Origin: Octopus sinensis
Lineage: Eukaryota
Direction of reading: 5' to 3'
Assembly: GCF_006345805.1 (NCBI RefSeq)
Contig: NW_021836147.1
Span: 41,205-105,204, forward strand
DNA length: 64,000 bases
Each line of letters opens with the position of its first letter. Within the stretch, counting starts at the first letter, position 1. The position numbers were made by a program, and so were the translations under genes. Under the pieces are notes generated by a model that worked only from the letters and a program-made list of their open reading frames with translations, ran no database searches and was not told the DNA's origin. Of this stretch, positions 49,725 to 61,498 are shown in pieces.

Positions 49725-50317
49725 CCTGTGTCTGTTTGCTGTGGTGGTCTGGTATATAGTGGGTAGTCCCACCTGCGGGCTTGGGTTTGATGAAGCCAGG
49801 TCAGCTGCTGTACAATCTTTTGTGCCATGCACAAAAAAGATTGTTGCTCAGCAGCTGCTCTTTCGATAACATCATGTTGGCTGTTTGTGGCGCGCACAAC
49901 ATCTGCGTACCTCCGCTTTGGGGCAGGTGGTGCGTGGTCCATCCCTTTTCTTTGTGTTGATGGTTTGTCCATCTGCCTCGTGTCTCTGTGGCAGGGTCCC
50001 CGATGTGCAAAGCGGCAGCCTGCACCTTCCTTTCCGTGCCAGCAGGAACTTCTCAGGTAGAACATACACACCCGTGTGCGCTGTTTGGTTCCATCCTTTG
50101 CGGTTCCACTTCTATTTCTGGTTGTTTCACTCTTTGGTCCTGCTTGAGCTTTTTCTTTTCCTTTAGCTCTTCCAGTCCTTCTTTTAGTTCTTCTTCCTCC
50201 CTCTACCTCTTCACCGGGTTCTCCGTCTCCATGGCCCTTGCTGTCGGTTGGAGAACTTGCACCTGGGTTCACTTCCCGGGCAGGTTTCCCATTCAAAACC
50301 TCCTCCCGGGCGTCCAC
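49676..50317 (-). CDS. LINE ORF1 (basic region + CCCH-type zinc finger), lacking an ATG start
   Basis: 213-codon open frame starting at GTG at the element edge; C-x7-C-x8-C-x3-H (CMFYLRSSCWHGKEGAGCRFAH); the stop lies 49 nt inside ORF2. Confidence 0.75.
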   Translation of the reverse strand: MDAREEVLNGKPAREVNPGASSPTDSKGHGDGEPGEEVEGGRRTKRRTGRAKGKEKAQAGPKSETTRNRSGTAKDGTKQRTRVCMFYLRSSCWHGKEGAGCRFAHRGPCHRDTRQMDKPSTQRKGMDHAPPAPKRRYADVVRATNSQHDVIERAAAEQQSFLCMAQKIVQQLTWLHQTQARRWDYPLYTRPPQQTDTGWTPPATTYTSPRYSY

Positions 50318-50401
50318 CTAATATATAAATATTAGGGAATAAATCCAAACTTACAGGGAAAAATCAGATTTGGGATTGAATCCAATTTTATAGCAAAATA
50401 T

Positions 50402-50822
50402 TATATTATATTAAATTAGAGACAAAACCACTATTAGGCAAATCATACAATGAAAAACTTAAGCCAATACATAAGATTATTTAATTTATATTATTTAAAT
50501 ATATAACAAAATTATTAAAAAAATATAATTAATATATCACTACGATCGTTTCATGGCTGTTAATTTCTTTAAATTTTCAAGTTACAGTCATTCATCAGGT
50601 GGTTTAAATATTTATCTTGGCAATAATGATGAATGACTGTAACTTGAAAATTTAAAGAAATTAACAGCCATGAAACGATCGTAGTGATATATTAATTATA
50701 TATTTTTAATAATTTTGTTATATATTTAAATAATATAAATTAAATAATATTATGTATTAGCTTAAGTTTTTCATTGTATGATTTGCCTAATAGTGGTTTT
50801 GTCTCTAATTTAATATAATATA
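50402..50822. repeat. 196-bp inverted repeat (PLE pseudo-LTR-like)
   Basis: Arms 50402-50597 / 50627-50822, about 3 mismatches, 29-nt spacer. Confidence 0.9.
50538..50601 (-). ncRNA. type I hammerhead ribozyme motif, canonical core
   Basis: CAC-CUGAUGA-AUG.CUGU..ACAG.CAU-GAAA-C-GAUC-G-U-A-GUG; palindromic ACGAUCGU stem III; cleavage after GUA (50541). Confidence 0.7.
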
Positions 50823-51002
50823 TATATAATATATATATATATATACATATATCAGTTTCTGTTATATACATATATATATATATATGTATATGTATGTATA
50901 TTTTTCTATTTTGGATATATTTGGGATACTTAGGTCTGCTCAGGACTTGGTGCTTGCTTTTTCCATGGTTATGAGTAAGTATTTCACTTATATCTCGCGT
51001 AT

Positions 51003-51066
51003 TTGCCGCTGAAGAGGGGAAAATTTTTCTTATGAATTAATCCCGAAATTGGACCAATACGGTAAT
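51003..51066 (+). ncRNA. type I hammerhead ribozyme motif, canonical core
   Basis: UUGCCG-CUGAAGA-GGG..CCC-GAAA-UUG-GAC-CAA-U-A-CGGUAA: 6-bp stem I, 4-bp stem III, cleavage after AUA (51060). Confidence 0.7.
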
Positions 51067-51274
51067 AACGATTTTTTTAAAGATTTCTATCAGTTTGTTT
51101 CGAGACGCATAAATTATAATGGTTATCGACAATTTTTTGTTTCGGCATATTTGGCATTAGAATTTTCCTTCTGCCCTTATCTTGTAAATTATTTATAAAT
51201 TTAACCTTTAAAGGTATTTTTTGATATGCTGGCCATTGATAATTTTTTTTTCCCGAAACAAATTTTATCCTACG

Positions 51275-51322
<48 letters not shown>

Positions 51323-51370
51323 GTGTGTGTGTGTATGTATGTATACACACACACACACACACACACACAC

Positions 51371-51403
<33 letters not shown>

Positions 51404-52690
51404 GGACATACATCATAATCAGAACAAAGGACTTGATACATTAGACAGGAATGAATGAATAATTCATTTGGTAAAAGTGAAACACCAACTTCAAAGTTTT
51501 GTGGAGGACGCCTTACAGAGCTATGTAAAATTATTATTTGCTGATTTCTATAAAGGGGAGGGTGAAGAAGATGGTAGAGGTGGACGGGATAGATAGAATG
51601 AAAGTATAGGAATTATAAGAAAATATCTAATCGATGCTTACTTCCCCATTAATTGCAGTAACATATATTTTATAGTAACTTATGGTTTAATGTATTTCTC
51701 AATTCAGATTTTATATCAATTTAATCACATGCTTTTATATTATTTACTGATATATTCTGAGTGTTTTATATTGTTTTCCTGCAATAAAATTTAAACTTCA
51801 CACATTTAAATATGTCAGCTGTTAAACAATTGTTAGATGTATTGATATTTGATTGTGTATGGGTTTTATACACTTATAATGAGATAAATCTAAGATATTA
51901 AGATTCGAAAATTATGAGACACTATTCTATGGAAATTATCCCATTATTTATTGTTTTTTAAACGTTTTCATTTTCCAAACTGTTAATATGTAATTTTACC
52001 CTTATCTTGTTATCGTCTATTGTTTCAAACAATTAAACTATAAACGATATTAACAAAAGTAATTCCTGATATTGTAATAACTTCTAAACAAATTTTTCTC
52101 AAGTTAATGTACATGATTTGTTCCTCTTTTGTATTGAAGGACTACTTCTATATTGAATTTTTCAAAACGTATTGCTCTTTACATTGAAAATGTTTTATGT
52201 ACAAAAATAAATTTTCTATTAACTGGAACAGTTTGTATTACTTTATTCACTCATGTCTTATTTTGTTCCACACCTTTCCAATTTTATATGCAAATATATT
52301 AATTTTAGTCATATAATTAAAAATCATTTCCTTAAGCTTAATTCATTTCAATTTTTCATATATGGTTTTACACTTTCTTAGATTCCAGCTTCAATTAAAC
52401 CTTCACCAAAATTATCATATAATTTCAGTCATGTAATGTGTACGGGTTCGTGCAAGAAACACGGTTACACGCTAACACAAATTGTATTCAATATGGTCAG
52501 AAAGAGTAGAATAACTCTTTTTTCCAGCATTATTTTAATCACTCGCTACTCCGAGCTTAGGACTGTCATATTTAGCGGGTGATGTACACATGCAAAACTT
52601 GTGGTAGCATTCCTTTTATTCCTTTTCATTGTGGACTTGACAGATTATTGGTTAGTTTTTTAATCTTGAAATTTTTTTTTTCTGAAAAAT

Positions 52691-53100
52691 GGCGCAGGAG
52701 TGGCTGTGGTAATTAGCTTGCTAACCAACCACATGGTTCCAGGTTCAGTCCCACTGCGTGGCATCTTGGGCAAGTGTCTTCTACTATAGCCCCGGGCCGA
52801 CCAATACCTTGTGAGTGGATTTGGTAGACGGAAACTGAAAGAAGCCTGTCGTGTATATGTATATATATATGTATGTGTGTGTGTGTTTGTGTGTCTGTGT
52901 TTGTCCCTCTAGTATTGCTTGACAACCGATGCTGGTGTGTTTATGTCCCCGTCAATTAGCGGCTCGGCAAAAGAGACTGATAGAATAAGTACTGGGCTTA
53001 CAAAGAATAAGTCCCGGGTCGATTTGCTCGACTAAAAGGCGGTGCTCCAGCATGGCCGCAGTCGAATGACTGAAACACGTAAAAGAGTAAAGAGAGTAAA
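52691..53100 (+). mobile_element. SINE family A, full-length
   Basis: Complete head, centre and tail. Confidence 0.92.
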
Positions 53101-53109
53101 GATATGAAG

Positions 53110-53700
53110 GAATTTTTTTCCAATTTTGTTTTAATATGTTATGAATCCCTGATCAAACGTAATCCCAAACTTATCCTGGTGTTGCAATAGTGGGTTCGAC
53201 TTTTGAGGCCATTGCCATCTATTCCTTTCGATGGAGTGTAATATTGATTGTCAAAGAAGTAGCTGTTTTCTAACCCCGAACGTAACCCTTCTAGCATGAA
53301 TTCTTTCGAAGATGGCCTCTGAATTATGTGCGGACATTTACATGAACCACAATTCTACCGCCTCAAATTTCAATTTCTTCAGGTGCAGAGGATAGTCACG
53401 TCGAAACTAACTGCGATTGTTACTATGCTAACTCTTTCTGAAATGTGATTTAAAATGCATATCATACCTTATGAAACTAGGAACCAATCTGCATAATGGT
53501 TTTTAATATGATTCCCAGTAAATTGCTTAACCACTGGGTACCTTAAGTTGATTTTGCAACAATGGAGCGTAAGTTTAAATTACATGGCTTAGGACGCTTT
53601 ACATACGATGTATAGAGATATTTAGGTCTTAGCGAATTTCTTTACAGTTATGAATTTTTGATTGTCCATAAAAGTTGTTTGATTTTATATCAAACTTTGT
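53110..53700 (-). pseudogene. Penelope-like element RT, decayed (second family)
   Basis: KRPKPCNLNLRSIVA..WLSNLLGIILK, VSFDVTILCT and SKEFMLEGLRSGLENSYFFDNQYYTPSKGI..MASKVEPTIAT, colinear with PLE RT motifs. The element probably extends further on both sides. Confidence 0.75.
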
Positions 53701-55390
53701 TGCATAATTCAGCTTCTTTCCATTACATTACTTTTGAAATTGTTAATTTTCCTGCTTTTTCTATTGCTTATTAATTTGTGTTTGTTTCTAATACACCTTG
53801 GATTGTTGATCCTTTCATTTCTCTAAGATCGTGAGCCTATCATGGGTATTACAATGGCTCCTTCTGTGTCAGCTTCTTAAACTGCGTTAGAGAAATCCAC
53901 TGCTTTTTGCACTTCCTTTGTAATATTTGACTTTATACGATTTACTGAAATGTTTGAGCTCTCTCACTTTTTCTGAACGCTAAAAATTCCTCTAAATGTT
54001 TATTCTAGTTCATGGGGGTGGGGTTAAAACCTTTTTTGATTTTTATCTGTTATGAATTTTTTGTAAACCTTTTGGGAAAATTGCTATAGTCGAAATTTCC
54101 AACAGAATTCTTCAGTATCTTTAATAAGATCTATTATGCCAGGTATAGAATTTGGAATATGTGTGTGTGAGAGAGAGGGTTTCGTTCTTAAGTATCTTTC
54201 AGTATGCTTCCTTTATTTATTTATTTATTTATTCCACACCTCTATTTCTTTCTTTTTGTCGTTTTGTACGCTTCATATTCAAAATTTATTTCATCCCATT
54301 CTTTAGATGTATCCCATATATTCGAGAGTTATGTTGCGATTGATATCACAGCAGCCGTATTCGGGGTTTCTGAAAAACTGTAATGTGTTTCAATGCTAGT
54401 ACAAACTCTATTTTATCCCCGTAAATACAGGTTTGTTCTTCCACTTCTATACTGTTACCTGTATAGTAGTGAGCGTTTAGTTTCTTCAGCCTCTTTTTGT
54501 CGGAAATCTCTGCTCATGTTCCACGTGCGTTCTCATTGTTGCAAAACGATCGGCTGGTGCTGCTGGTTATGGTCTACAGAGACGATTTTCGGCATCTGGG
54601 TGGCTTGTATTTCGTTGGTGGCTCTTGGATAGAGGACAACCTCTTCTGAATTTCCTAGAGTTACAATTGCTGGTGCTCTGAAGAACAGCAACCCCTGTGC
54701 CTGGGTTTGCTGTTGCTGTCTATGTTGTTCTTTTCCATTTCTGCTCCTTTAACTCTTCATCGCAGAAACCCTTAAATGACTCCGACATTAAAGAATGCAG
54801 AATTATTTCCATTTGCAAAATGTGTGTGCGTATTCATGTTGTTTCCAGAAGTAAGGTTAGAACTGTTCACACTAGAAGTGTTTTCTAGCAAAGTGTCTTT
54901 TCCTTTGAAAGTGCGTTGGATGCAAAAGATTCTCGTTTATTTTTGTCATTTGTTTAAACCCTGTAGACTTATGTGCACCTCTGCTACTTTTGTTTATGAG
55001 GGAATATCTTTCCACCTATTGTGCATACGTATAGACAAATCTGCATAATGTTTGGTCTAAAATCAGACATAGCTAAACACATCGCATATTTGTACCGAAG
55101 CAGTTTTCTGTTCATATTTATTCAACTGACTGCTCAACCTACCAGCCTACCTCAGTACCCTCACCACACACACACCTCTATACAAATACCCATACACTGT
55201 TCAACTCATTACTCACTTAACACAGCATTACACACACACCCCAAACACCTTCAAACTCCACACACACTAGCACCGGACACTTCTCAGCACCCACACCACA
55301 CACCATTATCCATACACCTACACACAATTTTCAATACCGTCATCACATATACCACTATACAAGTGGCCACACCTGTCTTCGTCTTTTGTT

Positions 55391-55435
<45 letters not shown>

Positions 55436-55661
55436 TGTAATCCAATGTACATTATCCATTACATCTTACCTATCTGAAAACCTATTGATGTGCTTTGAGG
55501 AAGATTTGGTTGCTCCGTCTAGTAGTCAGAAGAGTTACAGAGATATGATAGTTGCAGGGGTAAGAAAAAGTTCATATTTTCGTGTCTGCTGTTAGGTATG
55601 CTGGTAAGCATTTCTTCTTATGTAAAAGACAAAGCATGATAATAATAATTATATATATATA

Positions 55662-56037
55662 GGTGCAGGCGTGGCTGTGTGGTAAGTAGCTTACTTACCA
55701 ACTACATGGTTCTGGGTTCAATCCCACTGCGTGGCACCTTGGGCAAGTGTCTTCTACTATAGCCTCGGGCTGACCAAAGCCTTGTGATGAAAACTGAAAG
55801 AAGCCCGTCGTATATATATATATATATATATATTATGTGTGTGTGTGTATGTTTGTGTGTCTGTGTTTGTTCCCCCAACATCACTTGACAACCGATGTGT
55901 TTATGTCGGCAAAAGAGACCGATAGAATAAGTACTAGGCTTACAAAAAATAAGTCCTGGGGTTGATTTGCTCGACTAAAGGCGGTGCTCCAGCATGGCTG
56001 CAGTCAAATGACTGAAACAAGTAAAAGAGTAAGAGAG
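55662..56037 (+). mobile_element. SINE family A with internal deletions
   Basis: Head directly after (TA)n; tail intact. Confidence 0.88.
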
Positions 56038-57619
56038 TATATATATATACAGTGTGTGTGTATGTGTATGAGAGTAAATGGATCAATCAGTTGCAACATT
56101 GAACGATCAGCTGAACTTGCAAAGTATTTCCCAAATATGTCTAGCTCAACATAGTTCTGTGTCAATGTCAGAATCAATGTGACATAGCATGACACAATAT
56201 GACACAGTGTGATACAGTATGACATCATTTGTAACAATACTGGCCCTTTAAATTACATATACATTTCAAGCAACTGGCATCTCTACCTCAGTTTCTGTCA
56301 ACTACATTTCACTCAAAAAATCACAGTTAAATTTGAGGCTATGATTAAAAATTACTTCCGCATATGCCATATGATGAGGTTGAACTGGAGAGCTCATGAT
56401 TACAAAACAAGCTTCTTAAATATAGAGCCATAATGCATATAATGCAAAAATAAGATATGAACAAATGTTCCATACACACAAATAATACAAAAAAGACATG
56501 GAAAAAAAAGTTGAATCTAATATAAATAGAATTTGATTGTTCTTTCTAACATTTCCTTTTACTTCATTTCCCTTCCCCCCCATTGCTATCTTCCTGATCA
56601 ACAATATCTTTATTTTCTGTAAAAGCTAAATTATATATAATTGTTAAGCATATATATACATGCACTCATGTATTCTTTTACCTGAAAATAGAAATAACAT
56701 GCCCCCGAGGAGAATAAAAGAAGTTGAACATGTATTCATTCTTTTGCTTATTTAATTGAATTAATGTAATCTTTTTTTCTTTCTTTTATTTCAATTTTCT
56801 ATCAAGTCATCTATAAGAAGCAAAATATTTTAACCTTTGTTTTTTTCCTTGTTTGAAAAATCTGTTGCATTTATTATTTAGTATTATCATCATACTTAAG
56901 TTGAAAGAGAGGAAAAATGAGAACGGAATATCAAAAATAGCTTTAAATAGTGCTCAAACTGAAAATAAGCTTAATAGAGTACACTCTAGTGTACATCACT
57001 CAGAGTAATTACATCTAATCTGAATTAGCTTATTGAGCTGCTACTTATTACTTTAACATTTCATATCCCAGCATAGACCCTATGCTGCCACCCAAGGTCA
57101 AGATACTGGTCTATTTCGCTTTGTGGTAATTAGGTGCTTTGAACATGAAGAAATTACTCTGGCAAGATGTATAATTTGAGAGAAATTTGTTAGCATACGA
57201 TGCTTAGATCAAGCCCTCATGGAATCTAGAAGAAAGCAAATAAGAATCCCTTCATTAAATACCTTCTGACAAGTATCCTAAATTGTCTCAGTTTTTTTTT
57301 ATTGGTTGCCATGGAATCTTATCAATCTGAATGCATCTATTGGTATTCAAAAGTTAATTTGCTTTGTGAAGAATTAATGATATTACAGGCTTTAAACATA
57401 ATAGAATCTGAATATTTTTAACTCAAAGAATAGGAATTTGTTTAATAGCATCAAATAAATTTGAAGAATAGGCCAGGATTTAATTATGGATTTTCAAGTT
57501 CCTTTCCCCTATCTGTTACAGTATCTAAGTTTCATTGATGCCAGACTTAGATATATTTGTATCAAGTTGATATAAAAGGTTTTCAAGAATATGAACAAGT
57601 GTCTATATTTTTCCTATCT

Positions 57620-57853
57620 ATATGGCGGCGCGCTGGCAGAAACTTTAGCGTGCCGGGCAAAATGCTTAGCAGTATGTCGTCTGTTGTTATGTTCTGAGTT
57701 CAAATTCCGCCGAGGTCAACTTTGCCTTTCATCCTTTCGGGGTCGATAAATTAAGTACCAGTTATGCACTGGGGTCGATATAATCGACTTAATCCTTTGT
57801 CTGTCCTTGTTTGTCCCCTCTATGTTTAGCCCCTTGTGGGCAGTAAAGAAATA
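57620..57853 (+). mobile_element. SINE family B with 16-bp TSD
   Basis: TATATTTTTCCTATCT at 57604-57619 and 57854-57869. Confidence 0.92.
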
Positions 57854-58199
57854 TATATTTTTCCTATCTCAAGGCAAACTTTGCACTTGTTATAAATATT
57901 TGGATCGTTAGGAATTTACACTTCTGTGTAATCAGATTAGGAAAGTAAATAATTTGACTGTTTCAATTTCAACTGCATAAATTGATGGCATTGGTGTATG
58001 GAGGTAAAACATATTCCACTTAACCTCTTTGTCATAAGTACACTGGTATATGAAGTAGCACTTTCACCAGCAAATGTAGTATCACTTCAATATAGTAAGA
58101 AGTCATGAGTTTGGCTTATGAGAGCAGTACAACCCTGCTGATAACACACAGATAAAGGAAAGAAGGGGATATAAGGAATTTCTCTTTTAGAAGAGAAGG

Positions 58200-58290
58200 A
58201 ATTTCCTTGAGGCATGATTCCTACTAAAATCCAGTCAGGTTTCAGGGTTTTGGGTATTTATTCCCTAGAGAGAAACAACATCACCAATAC
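58200..58290 (+). pseudogene. possible pogo/Tigger-like DDE transposase C-terminal remnant
   Basis: MIPTKIQSGFRVLGIYSLERNNI resembles the A.TP.NI.SGF..TGI.P.N motif; only this short motif is recognisable. Confidence 0.35.
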
Positions 58291-59436
58291 TCTTTTAGTC
58301 TTTTACTTGTTTCAGTCATTTGACTGTGGCCATGCTGGAGCACCGCCATGGGGATTTTCTCCATTTTTCTTTTTTTCTTTTTTTTGTGATGAGGTTTTTC
58401 TGCAACAGAAGACCAAATAACCAGTCCCACAGTATTTGCCCCTCTGACCCACAAGTGCTGCATTATCAAGTCGACCAGAATCACCTGGCTTAGATCACTT
58501 GATATCAGAGAATATATGTCCTTTCAACAAAGCTAGCCCAATTGAAAGAAAGTAGATGAGAAAATCTGAGAGAAAAGGAGTTCTCACTGACATTCCTGAA
58601 CCATTTGAAATTACACAACAGGCCAAGAATATAAAGGAGACATTATCCAGGGAGTAAATTAAACCAAGAAAATTATGCTTGAAGAATTCATCGAGATTAT
58701 TGATAGTGAGGTCTCTATTGAAGAGGTTTGTATTTCCCTGGACATCATATCTGGTTGATAGGAAACATCTGACGGTGAACAACCCACAAACAGGAATGTG
58801 GTAACTATTCAAATGCAAGTGTTTGGGACTATGTTCTTGGTATTTTGGAAGGGAAAAAAAGGTGGAACATTATATTGGACACATTAATAAAATTTACAGA
58901 GATGGCATGACCATCAAAATCTTGGAATGTGTCCCAGAGAAAGATTTTTGCACTCTCCAAATTCACAAAGCTGATTATCACTCACATGAACACGAGGACA
59001 CTGTATACATTTTGCCTGCTCTGTACAACAGAACAAAGCATCAGCAGCAGCAACTTGTGTTTCTTGTTGAACTTCTCAGCCTACAAGCCAGAATAAATAT
59101 AAGGACATGTTGTGGAACAATAAACCTTATTTATAGTTGACAAACCAAAGTAATGACCATGCCTTGTTGAAGTTGGCTAATAAAATACATCATTGGAACT
59201 AAAAACTGAAATGATGCCAACATCTTTCTTGAATTATTCTCTAATTATTGCTGTGTTCCAACTAGCCTCATGGCACGAGTCCTCTTACTCCATTGTGAAG
59301 CTACTGTAATGGTTACACTTGGGTCGCAAAAATGACTTTCTTCAGGAATTTCTCAAAGCATCTTCTGAATGTGTTGACTGAGTTTTGTTGCACTCATTTA
59401 TATTTGTGACAAATGATAATGCAATTATTTTATCAA

Positions 59437-59595
59437 CAGGAGTGGCTGTGTGGTAAGTAGCTTGCTTACGAACAACATGGTTCTGGGTTCAGTCCCACTG
59501 CGTGGCACCTTGGGCAAGTGTCTTCTACTATAGTCTCGGGCTGACCAAAGCCTTGTGAGTGGATTTGGTAGCCAGAAACTGAAAGAAACCGGTTG

Positions 59596-59626
<31 letters not shown>

Positions 59627-59843
59627 ATATGTTTGTGTGTCTGTGCCCCACCCCAAAATCGCTTGACAACTGATGCTGGTGTGTTTACGTCCCTGTAACT
59701 TAGCGGTTCAGCAAAAGAGACTGATAGAATAAGTACTAGGCTTACAAAGAATAAGTCATGGGGTCGATTTGCTCAACTAAATGCGGTGCTCCAGCATGGC
59801 CACAGTCACATCACTGAAACAAGTAAAAGAGTAGAGTAAAGAG
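59437..59843 (+). mobile_element. SINE family A, near full-length
   Basis: Colinear with the other copies. Confidence 0.9.
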
Positions 59844-60040
59844 TATAACTATGGACTGAAAATAACCATTTTGGTGGGTGGGTAGGTAGTGGGAATATGT
59901 TCACACTAATCCCAGTTTCCTCTTACTATTCTGTAATGAATGAAACATAGAGCATGTATCATAAATCATAGAAATATAAATATTTTGTTTTGTATATTCA
60001 AGAACACATTTCATAGATTTGTTTACTGATTGTTACCTTC

Positions 60041-60340
60041 TCTATCTATCTATCCGCTCAGTCGAAGTTGACTCTCGGTTACTCGATGGATCAGTGTTCT
60101 CCAGCCAGTTCTATCCTGGGTCGCTTCTTTTAGATTGGCTATGGCCATTCCTGTGTCACACTTAATGGTGTCAAGCCAGCAGGTTCTTGGTCAGCCTCTT
60201 CCTCTCTTGCCACTGACCATTCCAAGCATGATGTCCTTCTCCAGGGATTTTCTCCACATAATATGACCAAAATATGCCAATCAATGCTTGGTGATCCAAG
60301 CTTCAAGTGACAGTTTCAGCTTGATCCGATTAAGAACTCT
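60041..60340 (-). pseudogene. RTE (BovB-like) LINE 3' end
   Basis: LAYFGHIMWRKSLEKDIMLGMVSGKRGRG*PRTCWLDTIK..DRTGWRTLIHRVTESQLRLSG*, followed directly by a (GATA)n tail. Confidence 0.85.
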
Positions 60341-60592
60341 TTATTGGTGAGCCTTGCTTGTTACCTTAGATGCATAGATATGCATACTGGTGCAGTTATT
60401 GTCATATCTTGAGGCAAATTGTTAGGATAAAATTAAAAGTTTGTAGCCAGGATAACTTCAAGTAGTTATCTGTTTAGAAAGAATATGCCAACATCTCTCT
60501 TCTCTGAAGAAAGAGTTTATCCAATTTTATGTGAAACATTCTTCCAAAATGACACACTGATTTCAATAATTTCACTGTTATACCAATAAGTA

Positions 60593-60787
60593 CATCATCA
60601 TCATCATCATCATCGTTTAACGTCCGTTCTCTATGCTAGCATGGGTTGGATGGTTCAACCGGGATCTGGGAAGCCAGAAGGCTGCACCAGGCTCTAGTCT
60701 GATCTGGCAGTGTTTCTACAGCTGGATGCCCTTCCTAACGCCAACAACTCCGTGAGTGTAGTGGGTGCTTTTTACGTGCCACCGGCA
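60593..60787 (-). mobile_element. repeat family E, second copy
   Basis: Colinear with 18317-18558. Confidence 0.8.
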
Positions 60788-61203
60788 GACCACACCCAGT
60801 TTCATTAGGTTTTTGGCTTTTCTTTTATCTGATATCAAGTCTAACATGTTCTCTTTCAGCTAAGACTAAAAAAAGTTAAAATAGAAAATTCTAATGAGCC
60901 ATCAATCTAATTGTTTCTTAAACATTCTCTTATGTATTTTTGTCTGATAAAAATAAACACAGGTGGAGTCAAAAGGGGTCAAAGTAAAGTCTGAAGATTT
61001 GCAACAGAGTATAATGTAAAGACTATGCCAAAAGTACCAAAGAATCAGATGATTGCAAACCAAGCTTAATGTTGAAGCTATTCAGATGACACCAATAGCT
61101 TTAAACTATTTTATTCTTTCGTTGGTTTTAGATAATTAAGCGGCAGTCATCGTGGAACACTGCTTTTATCAGTTTTAGGTCAATCATATTGACCCTAGTA
61201 CTT

Positions 61204-61498
61204 GTTGTTGTTGTGTTTGTTCCTTCTCGAGTCATGCCTGGCTCATAAGGGCCAGTTTTCCCAGTTTCATTGGTTTCCCACCTGGACAGGATGTTGGTCT
61301 GTCACGGGTGAGCTGCTAGATGCAGGGGGGAAAGTGTAAGAGAAAGTTGTGGCATAAGAGTTAGCAGAAGTTCGCCATTACCTTCTGCTGGAGCCACATG
61401 GAGCTTAGGTGTTTTGCTCATAAACACACACATCACCCAGCCTGAGATTTGAACCAGCATGAGTCTGCTGCTCTAACCACTAGGCCATGGGCTTCCAC
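61204..61498 (-). mobile_element. SINE with a family C-type head and a family D-type tail
   Basis: Head ..AAAACACCTAAGCTCC..CCACAACTTTCTC; tail TCCTGTCCAG..GAAACTGGGAAAACTGGCCCTTATGAGCCAGGC; short TSD CTAGTACTT. Confidence 0.75.

Larger units (their letters stand above)
46643..50320 (-). mobile_element. CR1-clade LINE, near full-length (probably 5'-truncated within ORF1)
   Basis: ORF1, APE and RT in order; short 3'UTR; (AATC)4 tail. Confidence 0.95.

Noticed and set aside
47743-50335. Several plus-strand ORFs of 60-115 aa
   Set aside because: Antisense shadows of the GC-richer LINE ORFs.
58495-59140. 107- and 105-aa ORFs as host genes
   Set aside because: Alternative start codons, no recognisable domain; possibly decayed DNA-transposon sequence continuing from 58200.
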